Of a stretch of DNA of 64,000 bases, positions 40,201 to 53,859 are shown one piece after another. Both the position numbers and the translations under genes were made by a program. The DNA lies in NCBI RefSeq assembly GCF_009834535.1, contig NC_045697.1, positions 113,772,001 to 113,836,000 on the forward strand, in the 5' to 3' direction. The notes beneath the pieces are model-generated. The model saw nothing but the letters and a program-made list of their open reading frames with translations, was not told where the DNA came from and made no database searches. Source of the stretch: Camelus ferus (taxonomy: Eukaryota). The stretch's first letter is position 1. Each line of letters starts with the position of its first letter.

Positions 40201-42993
40201 ACACATGTTTTTGTGTCTTTTAAACAGATAAACTTTAAAACATATTAATTTTAATATGGAAAGAAAACTTTGGTAAACAATACTCAGAGCTGCCCATGCT
40301 TATCTTAAAAGACATGATGTTGAGTGATCATGGAATATATCTAATAATTGCTTATTGAATCACTAATTAAATTATAACAGAAGAAAAATCTGAAAAAAAT
40401 GTCCAGCTGCCTGCAATCAGATCTTGAAATACAGGGATGAGGCTCAGTGAGAGGAATTATCAAAAGTAAGGTATGATACCAGTAGACAAGGTGATTAGAT
40501 ACAATACCAAGTGGAACAACAATTCAGGTTTGAAAAGGGGAATAATCCAATTATAAACTGTCAAAACTAGTACACAAAGATGATGCTCAAATAACAGGTA
40601 CATTTACTTGACACTGTTGATATTTAAGAACCAAATCTGTTGGGATAAATAATCTATATTTTGATACAATCTATCTTACATGATTGATTTCCCCCACAAA
40701 TAACATAAACAGTGAAACAGTCAAGATTATTACGGCTTCAGTAAAAATAGTACAGTGACTACCCACACACAGGATAATAATATTGATGGTAATGCTAGGG
40801 GTAGCCTAATGTGTTGAGCTGAAAACTTATGTGCTGGGTATTCTGATAAGCAATTTATATTCATTGACTTGCTTAATTATCCCCCAAATCACATGAAATT
40901 GATGCAACAAGGAAGTAATCAATTTCCTTAGGAGAATTACTTTCTGGACTACATTGAAATATGTAGATAAAAATCCAACTCCCCTAAAGTTTGTGTGAAT
41001 ACTGGGTTTTCTGATTTACTTCCTATTTACTTACTAATCTTTTCATTGATTTAAGGTCTACTGATTATGATTATTATTCTTAAGCAGTATCTAGCTTTTG
41101 CATTCACTGACTGCTTTTTCTAAAACCTGATTTCTACCATTTCAGGCAATTAAAATAAAAGAACCATGCAAAATTTTATATGAAATGAGAGGAAAACAAT
41201 TTACTTTTCTAGTATTTGAACTCTGTACTGCTACACCATGTCTCTTAAGTCAGATCTAGCTTTCCATCTATAGACTAAATTTATTTTTTTGACTATTTTT
41301 AATTCATTTACTAAGATTTAGCTGACTTACCTAGAGTAATGACAGTGCCATTTGTAAAACGATTAATCTTTTTTCAGTTTTAGTATGTATAGCATACATG
41401 AAAACTTTTATAAACATTAAATTGTATTCAAAATTAAGCATTCTCAAGGTATTATTTCAGCTTTGCTGTGAAACAACTGAGGAAACATTTTTTTCAACAT
41501 TGTTTTTCATATGATTGGAAACTCTATGTCAATTATAGACCTCAGAAAATACAAAAAAGAGACTCAACAAGAAAATATCTAACCATTACCAAGGTTAACA
41601 ATCATCTATATGTTTCTGGTTGTATTCGTAAATATGTACAAAAGCATACGTATATACATAAATATATATATACATATATACACTTCTGAAAAATAAAATC
41701 ATGTTATATAACTTTATTTCATTTAAGGTTTTTATCAAAAATATGTCCCTATACCATTAAATGTCTTTTGCAAAACATAATTTTTAAATCTGAGCAATGG
41801 TCTCAAAAAATATATAATAGGTATCATTTAATTATTTCCCTATTGTTGAGATTATAATTGATAAAAATTGATCATTTTAAACAGACTAGGAATAAAGTTT
41901 AAAAGAATTCAAGGCGTTGATGTAAGAATGCAGTGGGATGTCTTCTTAGCATACTGCTCAAAAGAATTCATCAGCCTTCTTTAGAATTGTACTTCTGGCT
42001 CCACAAGGTTCTATTTGTCACAGGGAAGCGTTTTTCTATCTAGCAAGCAGATATAATAGTGCTAGCAGAGTCCCGGAGGCATCAAATCACACATGATTCT
42101 GTCCTCTTCGCCCAGCTGTACTGGAATTATCTTGGTGAGAAAAAAAAAGTACTTATCCTCAGCATGGCTGTCGTAAAACTCGTGGAAAAAAGTAATATAA
42201 AAGATTGAGTGGAAAAGACCTGGGAAGTGTAACAAAAACCACCTGGATTAAGGGAACTGGTCCCCACTCCCTGCTGAGCACTTGAGTATCATTGTGCTCT
42301 GGGGAGAGTCACTTAACTTCTCTAGACCTCCGACCCCTCATATGAAAATTTATCTGACGTAGTAATTTTTGCTCTCTAAGTTTTAATTTATCCTTAGAGG
42401 GAATATATGCTTCAATGGATGTAATATTGTTTCAAAGTGACATATCTGAAACTGGGTGAAAATGATACACATGAATTCCATAGACCTGGCTAAGTTTACC
42501 ACTGAGGTTTATATAATTAGATTCTGAGTTACTTGAGATAATTTAATGTCCTATGTGGTTGGAGTTCAGACCATTTTTCTAAATGTTGTTTCTCAACAAT
42601 TATTTTTTTTTAATCCTGCACTAAGCTCAACCCATTTTTGTAAAGTATACAATAAATACTCATATTCACTTATTTTTATGTAAACTTTATGATTACTTTT
42701 TTATCTCCCAAATAGTTCATTTTATATTAAACAGACATGTGTTTGAATGAGAAATTAATTTGGAAATAATTTATACTATTATGCTAATGAGTCCCAGAAG
42801 AGTGAAAAAAAAAAAAAACATTCTGGCAAAAAATAATCTCTTGTAATTCTACATTTTCAGAAGCTGTGTAACCCAAAAAGAGGCTCTTTCTGACAACACG
42901 TGTTGGAAAAATAAATACATGGTACTAGACCAGCTTTTTGTGTTTGAGCAGAGAAATGAGAGAGCCCTAACAGATATTAAAACATACCCTTCA

Positions 42994-43170
42994 GGGGGGA
43001 GGGTGTAGCTCAGTGGTAGAATGTATGCTTAGCATGCACAAGGTCATGGGTTCATTCCCCAGCACCTCCATTAAAAATAAAATAAAATACATAAACCTAA
43101 TTATGTATTAACAATTTTTTGTTAATACAAACTCAATTTTTTTAAATAAAAAAAAATTAATTAATAAAAA
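42994..43170 (+). mobile_element. tRNA-derived SINE (camelid vic-1-type)
   Basis: 'ggggggagggtgtagctcagtggtagaatgtatgcttagcatgcacaaggtcatgggttcattccccagcacctcca' has A- and B-box-like motifs and an 'ataaacctaatta' tail. Degenerate TSD aaaacatacccttcag / aaaaatacccctacag. Confidence 0.88.
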
Positions 43171-43499
43171 AATACCCCTACAGCATTAGGCAAGTGTGGC
43201 AATTGTCCCTTGAATAAAAACTGAGATCAAAGCAACAAAAAGGAGAATCTACAAACCACAAGTCTGACATCAATAGAAGAAAAACTTAAATATTCAAAAG
43301 AGAAACTGGGGCAAGTGTTAGAGACTTGGATCTAAAACAGTTGCACCCTTTCTTCTCGATTTCACCAAAATGAGTTCAATATGAATCAAAGTGAAAGAAT
43401 ATTTATAAAATGGAAATTATACCCCATAATCATCAGAAAGAATTTTGATGTATTTTTGTTACTGTTACGAGGCCATAAGATCGCTCCTTAGCAAAACAC

Positions 43500-44215
43500 C
43501 AAAAATAAAAAGACACAAAGAGTGTAAGTGGTAGGTTTGACAGCAAAAAGCTACTATCATCAAAATGCAAGAAGGGAAATTGAAGGTAAAATAAGAAAAA
43601 CTAACTAAAGCAATCAAGTGCATCACAGCCAGTCCCATAGGTGAAAGATCAGTTTAACATCTTAAACAAATAAGGAGATTTTATAAATCAACATGAAAAG
43701 TTTATGCATGATAAAAGAAAAATGGCATAGAAATGGCAGAGATTAATTCAAAAAGAAAGCGTGTAAAAGGCAAATAAGCAAATGTGAAATATTTGACCAC
43801 ACTGGTAAGCAAACAAAAGCAAATCAAAGAAACATATGAGATGTAATTTCTACCTGCAGCATTTCTGTTACAAATGATGTGGAGCACTGTCATAAGTTGC
43901 AGTGCAGAAGCATCAACTTTATTTGGTCCCATTTAACATCACAAGCCTTCAAAGTTCACGGCCTTTGTTCTGGCAAATTCACTTCCGCCATTTATCTGCA
44001 GCTTAAATGGGCAAGTGTGTAAAGGTGTGAGTATAAAAATGCATCGGAGTGGTTTATACTAGTGAAAAGTTGGAACGACTTAAATGCTTTTCAGTAGGAG
44101 ACTGGTCAAATTAAGCTTAGTATATTTAAGAGGAAAGGTACATTGATCAAAATGCTGACAATAAATTTATATACTCATTGACAAGCAGAAACGTACACAG
44201 TATATACTAGTAGTA
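43500..44215 (+). mobile_element. Very old L1 ORF2/3' fragments
   Basis: 'aaaagcaaatcaaagaaacatatgagatgtaatt', 'aacgacttaaatgcttttcagtaggagactggtcaaattaa'. Confidence 0.55.
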
Positions 44216-45649
44216 TTTTTATTTATTTTTCATTTAATTTAATGGCTGTACTTTTAAAGAGCTTCAACCCAGAGCTTATTTTTTCTCAAATGGCATTGCT
44301 ATAAAGGCCAATTTTCCAAAAAATCCAATCAGTGATTTTATACAGATACAGTTACAAAAATACAAACAGCTTTTTCTGTCATATCTTCTACAATGTAAGG
44401 TAGTTGACAAAGTGTTTCTATAAACAGGTTCAAATTAATGTGATCAAATAAGTCATTATACAGGGCCAATCTGAAAGAAAATATTAAATGTTATAAAAGA
44501 AGCAAATCATTTATACAATTTAATAAAGTTTTTAAATAATTTAGACCCATTGTAAGGAAATAAGACAAAAATGAATAGTTTTTAAATGCGGGTCAGTATG
44601 TCCTGTGTGCCTTACCCATTTACTAGATGTGCACTTACAGACACAAACTACATACGTTTCAGCCTGTTAATAAGATTTCCTTGGACTTGCATAAACACAA
44701 GGTTTTTGGTGCTGCTGGAATTAAGTATCTCTTAGATGATGCTCAATGTGTATATTTCACAGTGAACAGAATGTTGTAAGTGAGTTAAGTAACCGTACAC
44801 CCATTTGCATGCTTTCTGACATTTCATTGAGTTCTGTATGCTGGCGTAAAGTTTATGTATTTGAAGAGAGTATTTCTGGAGTAGAATTGACAATCTTTGC
44901 CGCTAGGCAAAAAGAACCAAAAAAAAAAAAAAAGGGTTGAGTGGGAGTTATTCATTCTTGCATTGTTTCACAGTTGTTTTTTTTTTAATATTGATACCTG
45001 AAGATGTGTTCACTGAAAGTGTTGGTTTGCATGTATGTCTCAGAATTAGAGAAGATGTGACCTGGCTTTATGTATCTGGTAATTAACAGTAAAATATTTT
45101 AAATATGTGTTATCCCCCCAACTAACCTTGGCTGTCAGGTACAAAAGGGAGGAACAGAAGATCGAGGGTCCCTGAGGTCTGTCTGTTTCAAAACGGAAGA
45201 CATCAGATGAGGAAAAAGCCCAGAGACAGCTACATTTATAGGAGGCTTAACTTTATTATTATCATTTTTTTTTAAAAAGCTATCAAATGTTTATTATTTA
45301 AATCTAAATCTCATTTAAGATATTTGAAATCATCAAAGGGGCTCCAACTAATACATCCGTGATCTTTCAATATCGTCCTTGTCGGTAAAATGGACCCAAA
45401 ATGCAGTGGGGCTGAGAGAGGTGATTAGACAGTTTTACTTGCCCCTTGACTGGCTTCCAAGGAGGGGAAGACAGTGCCAGGTTGATGAAAAGCAGGACAT
45501 TTCTCTTATCCCGCAGCTGGCTCCTTGGTTCCAAGGACACAGTCCTACAACGGGACTATTTGTGTCCCACAGCTGTTGCATCAATCCCAAGGACATACCC
45601 CAGTATCTCTTTCTTTCTTCTCTTTACGTGTGTGCTTCCCCCAGCTCCC

Positions 45650-45760
45650 CGAAGGGGCAGCAACTTCCAGAACCAGAGAGCAGCATCAAAACTGAAAAAC
45701 TGATGTTGCTACAGTCTGTAGACCTTATTCAGAATTCATCAGTTTTTAGAGGCACTGACT

Positions 45761-45797
<37 letters not shown>

Positions 45798-45890
45798 TTC
45801 TATGCAATCTTATTACTCAAGATTCATGGGTTACCACCGAAACCAAAACGCAAACTGTTCAGACTCCTTTTCTGTGCCCTTTTGTAGCAG
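45650..45890 (-). mobile_element. Old L1 (L1MC/MD-like) 3' fragment with (GT)n at 45762-45796
   Basis: 'gaccttattcagaattcatcagtttt..gtgtgt..ttctatgcaat' is the same 3'UTR region as 34872-35308. Confidence 0.65.
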
Positions 45891-45914
45891 AAGGCTTTAT
45901 TTTAAAGATATAAT

Positions 45915-46110
45915 CATTTACCTACACAGCTTGCCTTGTGCATTACATCAGGCATTACCTTCAGCATTTACTCTCCGCTAGAGAACACGCAGTACTTTTC
46001 TTAGACATTAACTCTTTTAATCCATAGAAGAACTGCATGAAGTGGATACTATTATTATCGACATTTCACAGATGAGGATATTGATACAGGAATTGTCAGA
46101 ATACGTGAAA
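45915..46110 (-). mobile_element. MIR SINE
   Basis: 'atgaagtggatactattattatcgacatttcacagatgaggatattga'. Confidence 0.6.
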
Positions 46111-47849
46111 TCCTAATTCTTTAACTTTTGAAGGCAATGTTGTCTCTCCAAAAAGTCACTATTTATTTATTTGCTATTTATTCATCTTTAAACTTGTCCA
46201 GATGTTTTACTAATTTTAAATTAAAAATTTAAATTGTGAGAAAGTTATTTTTTTAATTTGGACCCTTGCCCACAAATCTCAAATCTCATACTATTTTTAA
46301 AAATATATTCTTTTAAGCAATTATTTGCAAAACTGTTAATATAAGTGAGCAACATTTATCCATCCTAAAGCCTTTATTTATAATATTTTAAAACTGTAAA
46401 TCACTTTATGAAACACAGATTTTGGGCTGTGCATTCAAACTTAACCACCTTCCAAGAAGCCAAGATTCATGGGCATGATTATAAATTGGGCAATTAAAAT
46501 CAAGTTTTAAATTCTCAAGTAAGTTAATTTCAGAAATTATTTTACCTTATAAATATATTATTTTGTACTTTAATGCAGGGGAGTTAAAATTTATAATCAA
46601 ATTTATCATTGCTATATATTGAAAATAGCTTATTTAAGCCAATATCTATTCTAAAGAAAATATAAAATAAGTTGTTTTTCAAGGGCCAGGCTGTAAGTTT
46701 GAGCCTTAAATATTGTGTATACTATATCTGCATATGTACAACTGACGTGCTGTGCTATACATTTAGGTTTAAATACTTCATAGGAATTTTGAAATTAGAT
46801 ATATGTGCTATATACGTTACACGTGGAGTAAGGTTTTGGCTTTTTGTTTTTTGGGGGATGCTATAGGACAGAAAATTTGGAGAGTTGGGTTATGATATAT
46901 AATATTCTTTGCTGTAAAATAGTGCTGTTTTATTTGAACCTCTGATTATTTACTTATCTATCTTATTTCAAACAAATATAAGGTCTTGTGATAGATCTGG
47001 TCTGCTTGAAAAAATGCTTTCAGTGTTAGCTTGTGCTTGTCAGGGTAGCAGGGAACGTTAATTTAACAATGCATCCCACGTGCTTCCTTCTTTTACATGT
47101 GCATGAAAATCAGAGACAGTGAAAGTATAGTCTTAAAACATAACAAGAAGGCATAAGACTAAAGACAGCTAAATGGTGGTCAAAGGAAATGTAAAATAGA
47201 TTCTGAATTTGATTATGTACTTGGGGGATATACGAAGCTTCTCGCACTGTTTTAGTGCACAATCAGGCACTTGAGAAAAAAATATGCTAAGTCCTCTGAA
47301 AACCCAGAGCTCCTTACCCGTTAATAAGGAGCAGGAATATGACCCCATGACTCTTTCCTTCATCTGTAAGAGAGACCCTGATGAGACTGCAGTACTCACA
47401 ATCTGTGCACCCAAAACATAGCTTCTATTTTCGCCAGGTTCCCTCATTTGCGTTTGGACAACTCACACTCTGTAATGCGCATTTCAGTGCTCCCCACTGC
47501 CTCAGACCGTCCCTCCTCACTACCCTCCAGGGGGAAACCAGCTTCCAGCAAGCCTTCCTTGGAGTCATCCACATCCAGCAGTCTCTTCTGATACCAGTTA
47601 CCTTGTGCTGAAAGGGGTGTTTGAGACTAGGCAGTCCCCACTGTGTCTCTCCCTCCGTAATTACTGGTCACATCCTAGAGCAAGGAAATGGCCTCTCCTC
47701 CCCTTTCTGATTTTCTGATGTGTTTTTACCTAGTTGTTCCTATCCCACCCCAATCCCACATCTTCCCCTATGGAATCTCTTTGCTTTTCTATTGACTATT
47801 TGTCAACTTTTTTGTGTTCAAATTTTAATTTGACTCCCAGTTGTAAAAC

Positions 47850-49960
47850 AGTCTGAAAATCATCAATTTTTTAACATGGTTTGAGTCTTAGTACCTGATC
47901 CATATCTATTAAATTGACATGTAACTGTGTATTCTCAAATTTGAGGATGCATTTTTCTGTTTTTGACTTTTGGGAAATTAAATTTGCTTAATTTGTGTGT
48001 GTTTTTTTTTAAACTTTTCATTTGCCTTTTGATTGATTTGATCAGTCACTACAGAGAAAGGTGTATTCATAGCTCCCATTCTGAAAGCTAATTTGTTAGT
48101 CCACCCCCCCGTGTCCTTTTCTTTGTTATGTTATCTATTTGAAACACAAATATTAGCTGATAAAACAATTGATTGTCGTGTAAAGTTTTATAACACTAGT
48201 AAGTTTCACTCTCTCTTCTTGTCTATGTTTAATAAAGCTATTTGTGCTCTTTTTTGGTTGTTTTCCCACTTTTTCTTTCTTGTCTTTAGTGAGTGCTTAT
48301 TAAAGTACATAATACTCTTTCTCTCTCTTGTTTATTTAATTGCCATGATTTTTAAAATAAGACATTTTAGAACATTTCTATATAATTTCTTTTGTGCTTT
48401 CTGGTTACATGCTTTATCTAAAATATCCGTTATTCTCTCTCTCTCTCTTAGTTTTCATCATTAATATATATATAGGATTTCTTCAACAATATAGTCAAGT
48501 TAATCACTATTTCTTTCTTCTACCTGAATAACAGATGAACCTTAAAATCAATTTAATGAGATTACTCTGTGGTCATTTAACACTATTGTCTTCAGTATTT
48601 TAATTCCAAGTTTAAAATTTTTATATAGTCATTTTTATTATGTTTCATTTTGCCTACATTCAGTTTTCTTCTTCCAGAAGAGCATTCTTTAGAAATTATT
48701 TCAGTGAAACTCTATCGGTGAAGAATTCTTTAACTTTTGTTAATCCAAGCATGCCTTGGTCAGCCATTTACCAAGTTCAAAATTCAGGTCTGGCAGATTT
48801 GCTCAGAACTTTGAAGAACATTTTCAACTCTAACTCATTTTTTCCTCTTTCAAAGTCTTCTACTCTGTGTAACTGCAATTATTTGTATGCTTCCCTGAAA
48901 ATTTTATTTTGAATTTTTTCTTTATTTTGGATGTTCGGCAGTTTAATTTCAATGCGTTTAGGTGCTTTATCATGTTTGGGATTTGTGACGCTTCCTGAAT
49001 CTGGTGATATACGTTATTTTTTTCTCTTGAATATTTCCTTCCTTATCCATTGTTTTGTTCTGGTTTTTTGGTTTTTTTGTTTGTTTGTTTGTTTTTTTGG
49101 GTTTTTTTAATCTTTCCTCTGAATTTTCTACTTCTTTCATTTCATATTACTTTGGTTTTAAGCTCGCTTACATTTTCCCCAACTCCTTTATTTCTCTGTG
49201 TTCTATTCTGAAAGAGTTTACAGATCTATCTCCTAATGTATTAATTATTGCCTGTTATACCTAAACAGATGATTAACCCTTTTATTCTTTGAATTTCAAT
49301 TATTAATATAATATTTAGAAATTGTATTTCTTTTTAAAGTATACCACTTAATGGTGTATTATTTTATCATGTTTTAAATTTCCCCCAATATTTATACATT
49401 TACATTTTTCATCTATAGCTAATAGTTTTATATTCTGGAGTCTCACAACGTTCTAATTCAGCTATTTTTGTTTGTTTGTTTGTTTGTTTCCCTTGATTAT
49501 CTTTGGTTTGGAGGGGGAGGTAATTAGGTTTGTTTATTTATTTATATATTCCTAACAGAGGTACTGGGGATTGAACCCAGTACCTCCTGCATGCTAAGCA
49601 CACACTCTACCCCTGAGCTATACCATCCGCTCCTCCCCTGATTATCTTTTGTGGTGGTTTGTTTTATTGTTCATTTTGTAATTTAGAATTGTGTCCTTGT
49701 ATTTTGTTGCTTTAATCTATGGAAATCCTTTGAGATTCAGTTTGAAGAGTATATTTTGGCAGCCAGACGTTTGCTTGCAGGCAATCTGATCTAGTGATTA
49801 AGTGGTAGGTTACTACATTTTGATGCTAATATTCTAGCCTTTTGTTGGAGTGATCACACAGATGCTATAACATGGAAACCCAAGACCATTTGGAGATGGG
49901 TCTGAGATTGTGACTTCTTAGAGGAGATTTATTTTTTCCCCTTACTACGATCTCAGGTCA
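47850..49960 (-). mobile_element. Very old L1 (L1ME-like) fragments
   Basis: T-rich antisense ORF1-like sequence ('tttgggatttgtgacgcttcctgaatctggtga'). Confidence 0.5.
49505..49633 (-). mobile_element. tRNA-derived SINE (camelid vic-1-type) with 16-bp TSD
   Basis: 'ggaggtaattaggtttgtttattt..gaggtactggggattgaacccag..catgctaagcacacactctacccctgagctata'. TSD tcccttgattatcttt (49489-49504) / tcccctgattatcttt (49634-49649). Confidence 0.9.
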
Positions 49961-50429
49961 AAAGAGAAGCTGCTTTGATTTCACATCTCTTTTCCTGTGG
50001 GTGGTTCCAAAGCATTGCCTTCCATACCTGCATGGCCAATCCATGGCCAGCAAAATCCCCAAGAGGCAGCTAAGGGGTGGTCAGGTACTCAGCTCTGTAA
50101 CTTTCAGCACCATCTTTAGTTTTGGCCCCTGGGAATTTCACCTCTTTATATATTCTCCTACCATTTAAAGCAATACGTGCTAAATGTTTTTGATTTTTTT
50201 TTAAAAAGATGTGTGTATATCCCTAGCTGATACCTGAATTTATCTTAAAGAACCCACTTCCTTTTAATCCCACACCAGTAGGAATTTTTACTCATTCTTA
50301 TGTTTCCTAACATAGAGCCAGGAGGAGAATTCTCATCCTGCTTCTCAACCACTGATTGATGTTACAACCTCCAAGCAAAGTCCTCTCCTTGGAACTCTTC
50401 TGACCTCGTCATCATTGACAACATCATTG

Positions 50430-50690
50430 TCATCAACTGAGTGCCTGATATTAATCTGGGGAGAATTCTAAGCACTTCACACATACTGATTCACTTAATC
50501 ACTATTTACTAATAATCGCTATTATATAATCTCATGCACTGTGCCCAGGAAATAATCATGGTTACTGTGCCCATTTTGTAAATGCAGACTCTGAAGAATA
50601 GAGTGAGTAAATGGCGTGGTCACGTAATTAAATGATGAAGTCAAATGTGAATCTAGAAAAACTGGTTTCAGAGCTTACATTCTGTCTTTT
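50430..50690 (-). mobile_element. MIR SINE
   Basis: 'ctgagtgcc..ctaagcacttcaca..cccattttgtaaatgcagactctgaag'. Confidence 0.6.
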
Positions 50691-51294
50691 ACTCCCCCAG
50701 GTTCTATGTTTTTTGATTTCCAAGATTAAGTTGATATTTATCTACGTGGTTCATTGGCTTCCTCTTAAAACCAATTACTGTCGTAATTACATAAATTTCA
50801 AAATATATGGTACAGCACATCAAAAACACCAGGCTTGATTGATTTTTTTTTCAATATCAGTAATTTTCACTTTCATTCCACTTCAACTGTATACTCCAAA
50901 GTTTCCACTCTGGATCTTATTTTTAATTTTTTTAATTTTTTTTTAACAGTTTTCCCCTCTGGAATCTTTTAAGATATTTTGGTATAGTTTCAGCTCTTTC
51001 AATATCTTATTTCCAACAAAACTGTTTTTCTGAGGAAGGTTTATACAGGGAAAAGTTTCATGATCTCTCTGTGCCTCCATTTCCTCACTTGTAAAGTAAT
51101 TCTCTTTCTCCAAGTATTATGTAACTTCAGTAAGACAGTATGTGTAAGGATGTATCATAAATCCAGAGAATGGTTCTGATTAAAATTCTAAAGTGTAGTC
51201 CTCATTAAATGGTAACTTCTCTCCTAGCTCTTCAGATATCTTTTTTTAACAGTCATTTGTATTTTTTAAAATGAAATTTAGCTACTCAATATTT

Positions 51295-51510
51295 GTTATT
51301 TTATTTTATTTATTCATTTTTATTGAAATATAGTTGGTGCACAATATTATGTTAGTTTCAGGTGTACAACATAGAGATTTGACATTTAAATACATTACAA
51401 AATGATCATCATAATAAATCTAGTAACCATCTGTTCCAGTACAAAGTTATTATAATATTATCGACCATATTCTTTATGCTGTGTAATACATCTCCATGAC
51501 TTATTTATCT
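51295..51510 (-). mobile_element. L1 (L1MA-like) 3' end
   Basis: 'tattgaaatatagttggtgcacaatattatgttagtttcaggtgtacaacatag'. Confidence 0.8.
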
Positions 51511-52191
51511 GCATCTTAATCTTTTCTTTATTCACTGACCAATTCTGTTTTCTTATTAGATTGCTACTCCCTGTAATTATTTTGTTTATATAATTTACTT
51601 GCTTATTGTCTTACATTGCTGGTAGAAAATCATCAGTGTTACAGAATTAGAAAGCCATTGTTCGTTAACAATCATATCAAATGGTTAGTGAACAGAAAGT
51701 GATTCTTTTTTAAAGAGTCTTTTTGCATCCTCGGATGGTAGATGTTTTCTATAGGTGTTTCACTCAAGTTTTAAGGAATCGTCTGATGGGTCCAGCTTGA
51801 CATGGCACTTTTACAATCTTCCCCATGGGAAACAATGGCTAGTAGCTGTAGCTGTGTTCTGTGCGGTCCATCTGATTTTTTGGGAGCAGATTATTGACTT
51901 TAACGCCATTCCTTGTATTTGGAAAAATGCCAAATGATAAAGCAATTGTAGATTAATAAAGGAAATAACCTTTGTTTGATTTTTTTTGTATAGTATCATA
52001 GAAGACAATCAAGGATTTTATAGCAAACATTTTACAATTTGACAAGTGTGACACATTTGCTAGCATGAAAATTATTCTTTTCTTGTAATCAAATCAAAAA
52101 ACTTGTGGGAAATGTATCTTAATATTTAAACATAATTTAAATTCTTTATATTTGTAACCCAGGATGACTTATTTTTTTATGTGTCAAGGGA

Positions 52192-52610
52192 TTTTTTTTT
52201 TAAGTGAAGTACAGTTAATTTGCAAAGTTGTGTTAGTTTCTGCTCTACAGCATAGCGATTCAGTCATACAAACATATATATATCCTGTTTAGATTCTTTT
52301 CCACTATAGGTTATTACACACTATTCAATACAGTTCCCTGTGTTATACAGTAGGATCATGGTATTTATCTATTCTATAGCTGTTTGTATCTGCTAATCCT
52401 GTATTTATAATTTATCCCTTCCCTCCCTCTTCCTTCTGGTAACAAGAAGTTTGTTTTCTATGTCTTTGAGTCTGTTTCTGTTTTGTAAATAAATTCATTT
52501 GTAACATTTTTTAGATTCCACATGTAAGTGATATCCTATGATATTTGTCTTTCTCTGTCTGACTTACTTCACTTAGTATGATCATCTTTAGGTCCATCCA
52601 TGTTGCTGCA
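52192..52610 (-). mobile_element. L1 3' end
   Basis: Poly(T) followed by 'gaagtacagttaat..ttagattccacatgtaagtgatatc..ggtccatccatgttgctgca'. Confidence 0.88.
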
Positions 52611-53384
52611 TAACCTAGATGTATTTGTAAAACTTAATCCCTGACATTAATTAAATACAATTAAGAAAAAAATCAAATCATGCTTTCTTACTTGATTTTA
52701 TGTAGCATACCACAGACCTATTTAAACATATCAACATAGATAATCTAAAAGTTTATATTAAAATTGAAAAGTACTAATTGGATTTGATGCCTATTAATTT
52801 ATGTACAGTGGGAATGACAGTAGCATGTTGATAAATACAATCTAGAATAAAAGAATTTAATGCCTGAATGATTTACTCATCATTGAATTTTACTCTAATA
52901 GTATAAAAGATATTAGCCATTTTTAAGCAGAAAAGAAATAGGGTTTAATGAGCTGATGGAAAATTTGAACAAAATGGAAAAAAAAAAAACTTATTCACCA
53001 ATTACCAGCATAACCATTTCATCTACACGTCCTCTTACTGCAGTTTAACTGCCTATTGAGTGTGTCAGGTCATCTCTGGACTCCAGTCCCTTAATTCAAA
53101 TGTACCTAAAACTACTCTGGAGTTGTTAGAAACATCACCAGTTTATCTACCTACCCATTTATTTATCTATTTGTGCCTATGGGGAGACTTGGTCCTTTAC
53201 TTTCTAGGTGGTTTTATTTTTTGATGTGAAATAAAAAGACTATCTGAGCAGCATGGTCCATTCCTCCCTGAGGAAGAAGATGAACCTATTAGAATTTTGT
53301 CTACTGGATTTTCAAAAATGTCACCTGTTGTTTGCCATTCTTACAGTGTTGTGTACATACTTAAAAAAAAAAAAACACCTTGAC

Positions 53385-53536
53385 AATTTATATATGTATA
53401 TTTATATTACATACTTATATTTATATATATACACACACATCTTTAATGGAATATATATGTGTATAAATAAACCACTCTGCTGTACACCAGCAACTAATGT
53501 AATATTGTAAATCAACTATACTTCAATTAAAAAAAA
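53385..53536 (+). mobile_element. Short L1 3' end
   Basis: 'ctgctgtacaccagcaactaa..ttgtaaatcaactatacttcaattaaaaaaaa'. Confidence 0.75.
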
Positions 53537-53859
53537 CTATTAGGTTTAAATATGTTTAAAACTCAAAAATTTTTTACAAAGGTAGCCATTGGTTTGAAAG
53601 CAAATGATTTCCAGGAAAATAGAAAAAAATTACTCAATGAAAAATGTATACATATATATACAAAACAATATTTCGAGGAGAAGAATTGGTCTGAGTTTTA
53701 TATCACTATTACCAGTTTCTTCAGTTTACTACATATACTTGCAAGAAAATTAAGTGCATTTTCATACATTATAGGACCCATTATTTCTCACTTGTTTCTT
53801 TCTTAAAATTCCTTTTAAGGCCTGATTCTTGAATATGAGACAGGATACTGAAACAGATT

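Noticed and set aside
42994..43070. tRNA-like sequence (gtagctcagtggtaga..gggttcattcccc)
   Set aside because: It has an A-rich tail and TSD, a second copy at 49505-49633 and imperfect stems. It is a SINE head, not a tRNA gene.
45379..45981. Longest ORF in the track (200 aa)
   Set aside because: Non-ATG start. It runs through an antisense L1 3'UTR, a (GT)n microsatellite and a MIR, with no recognisable domain.
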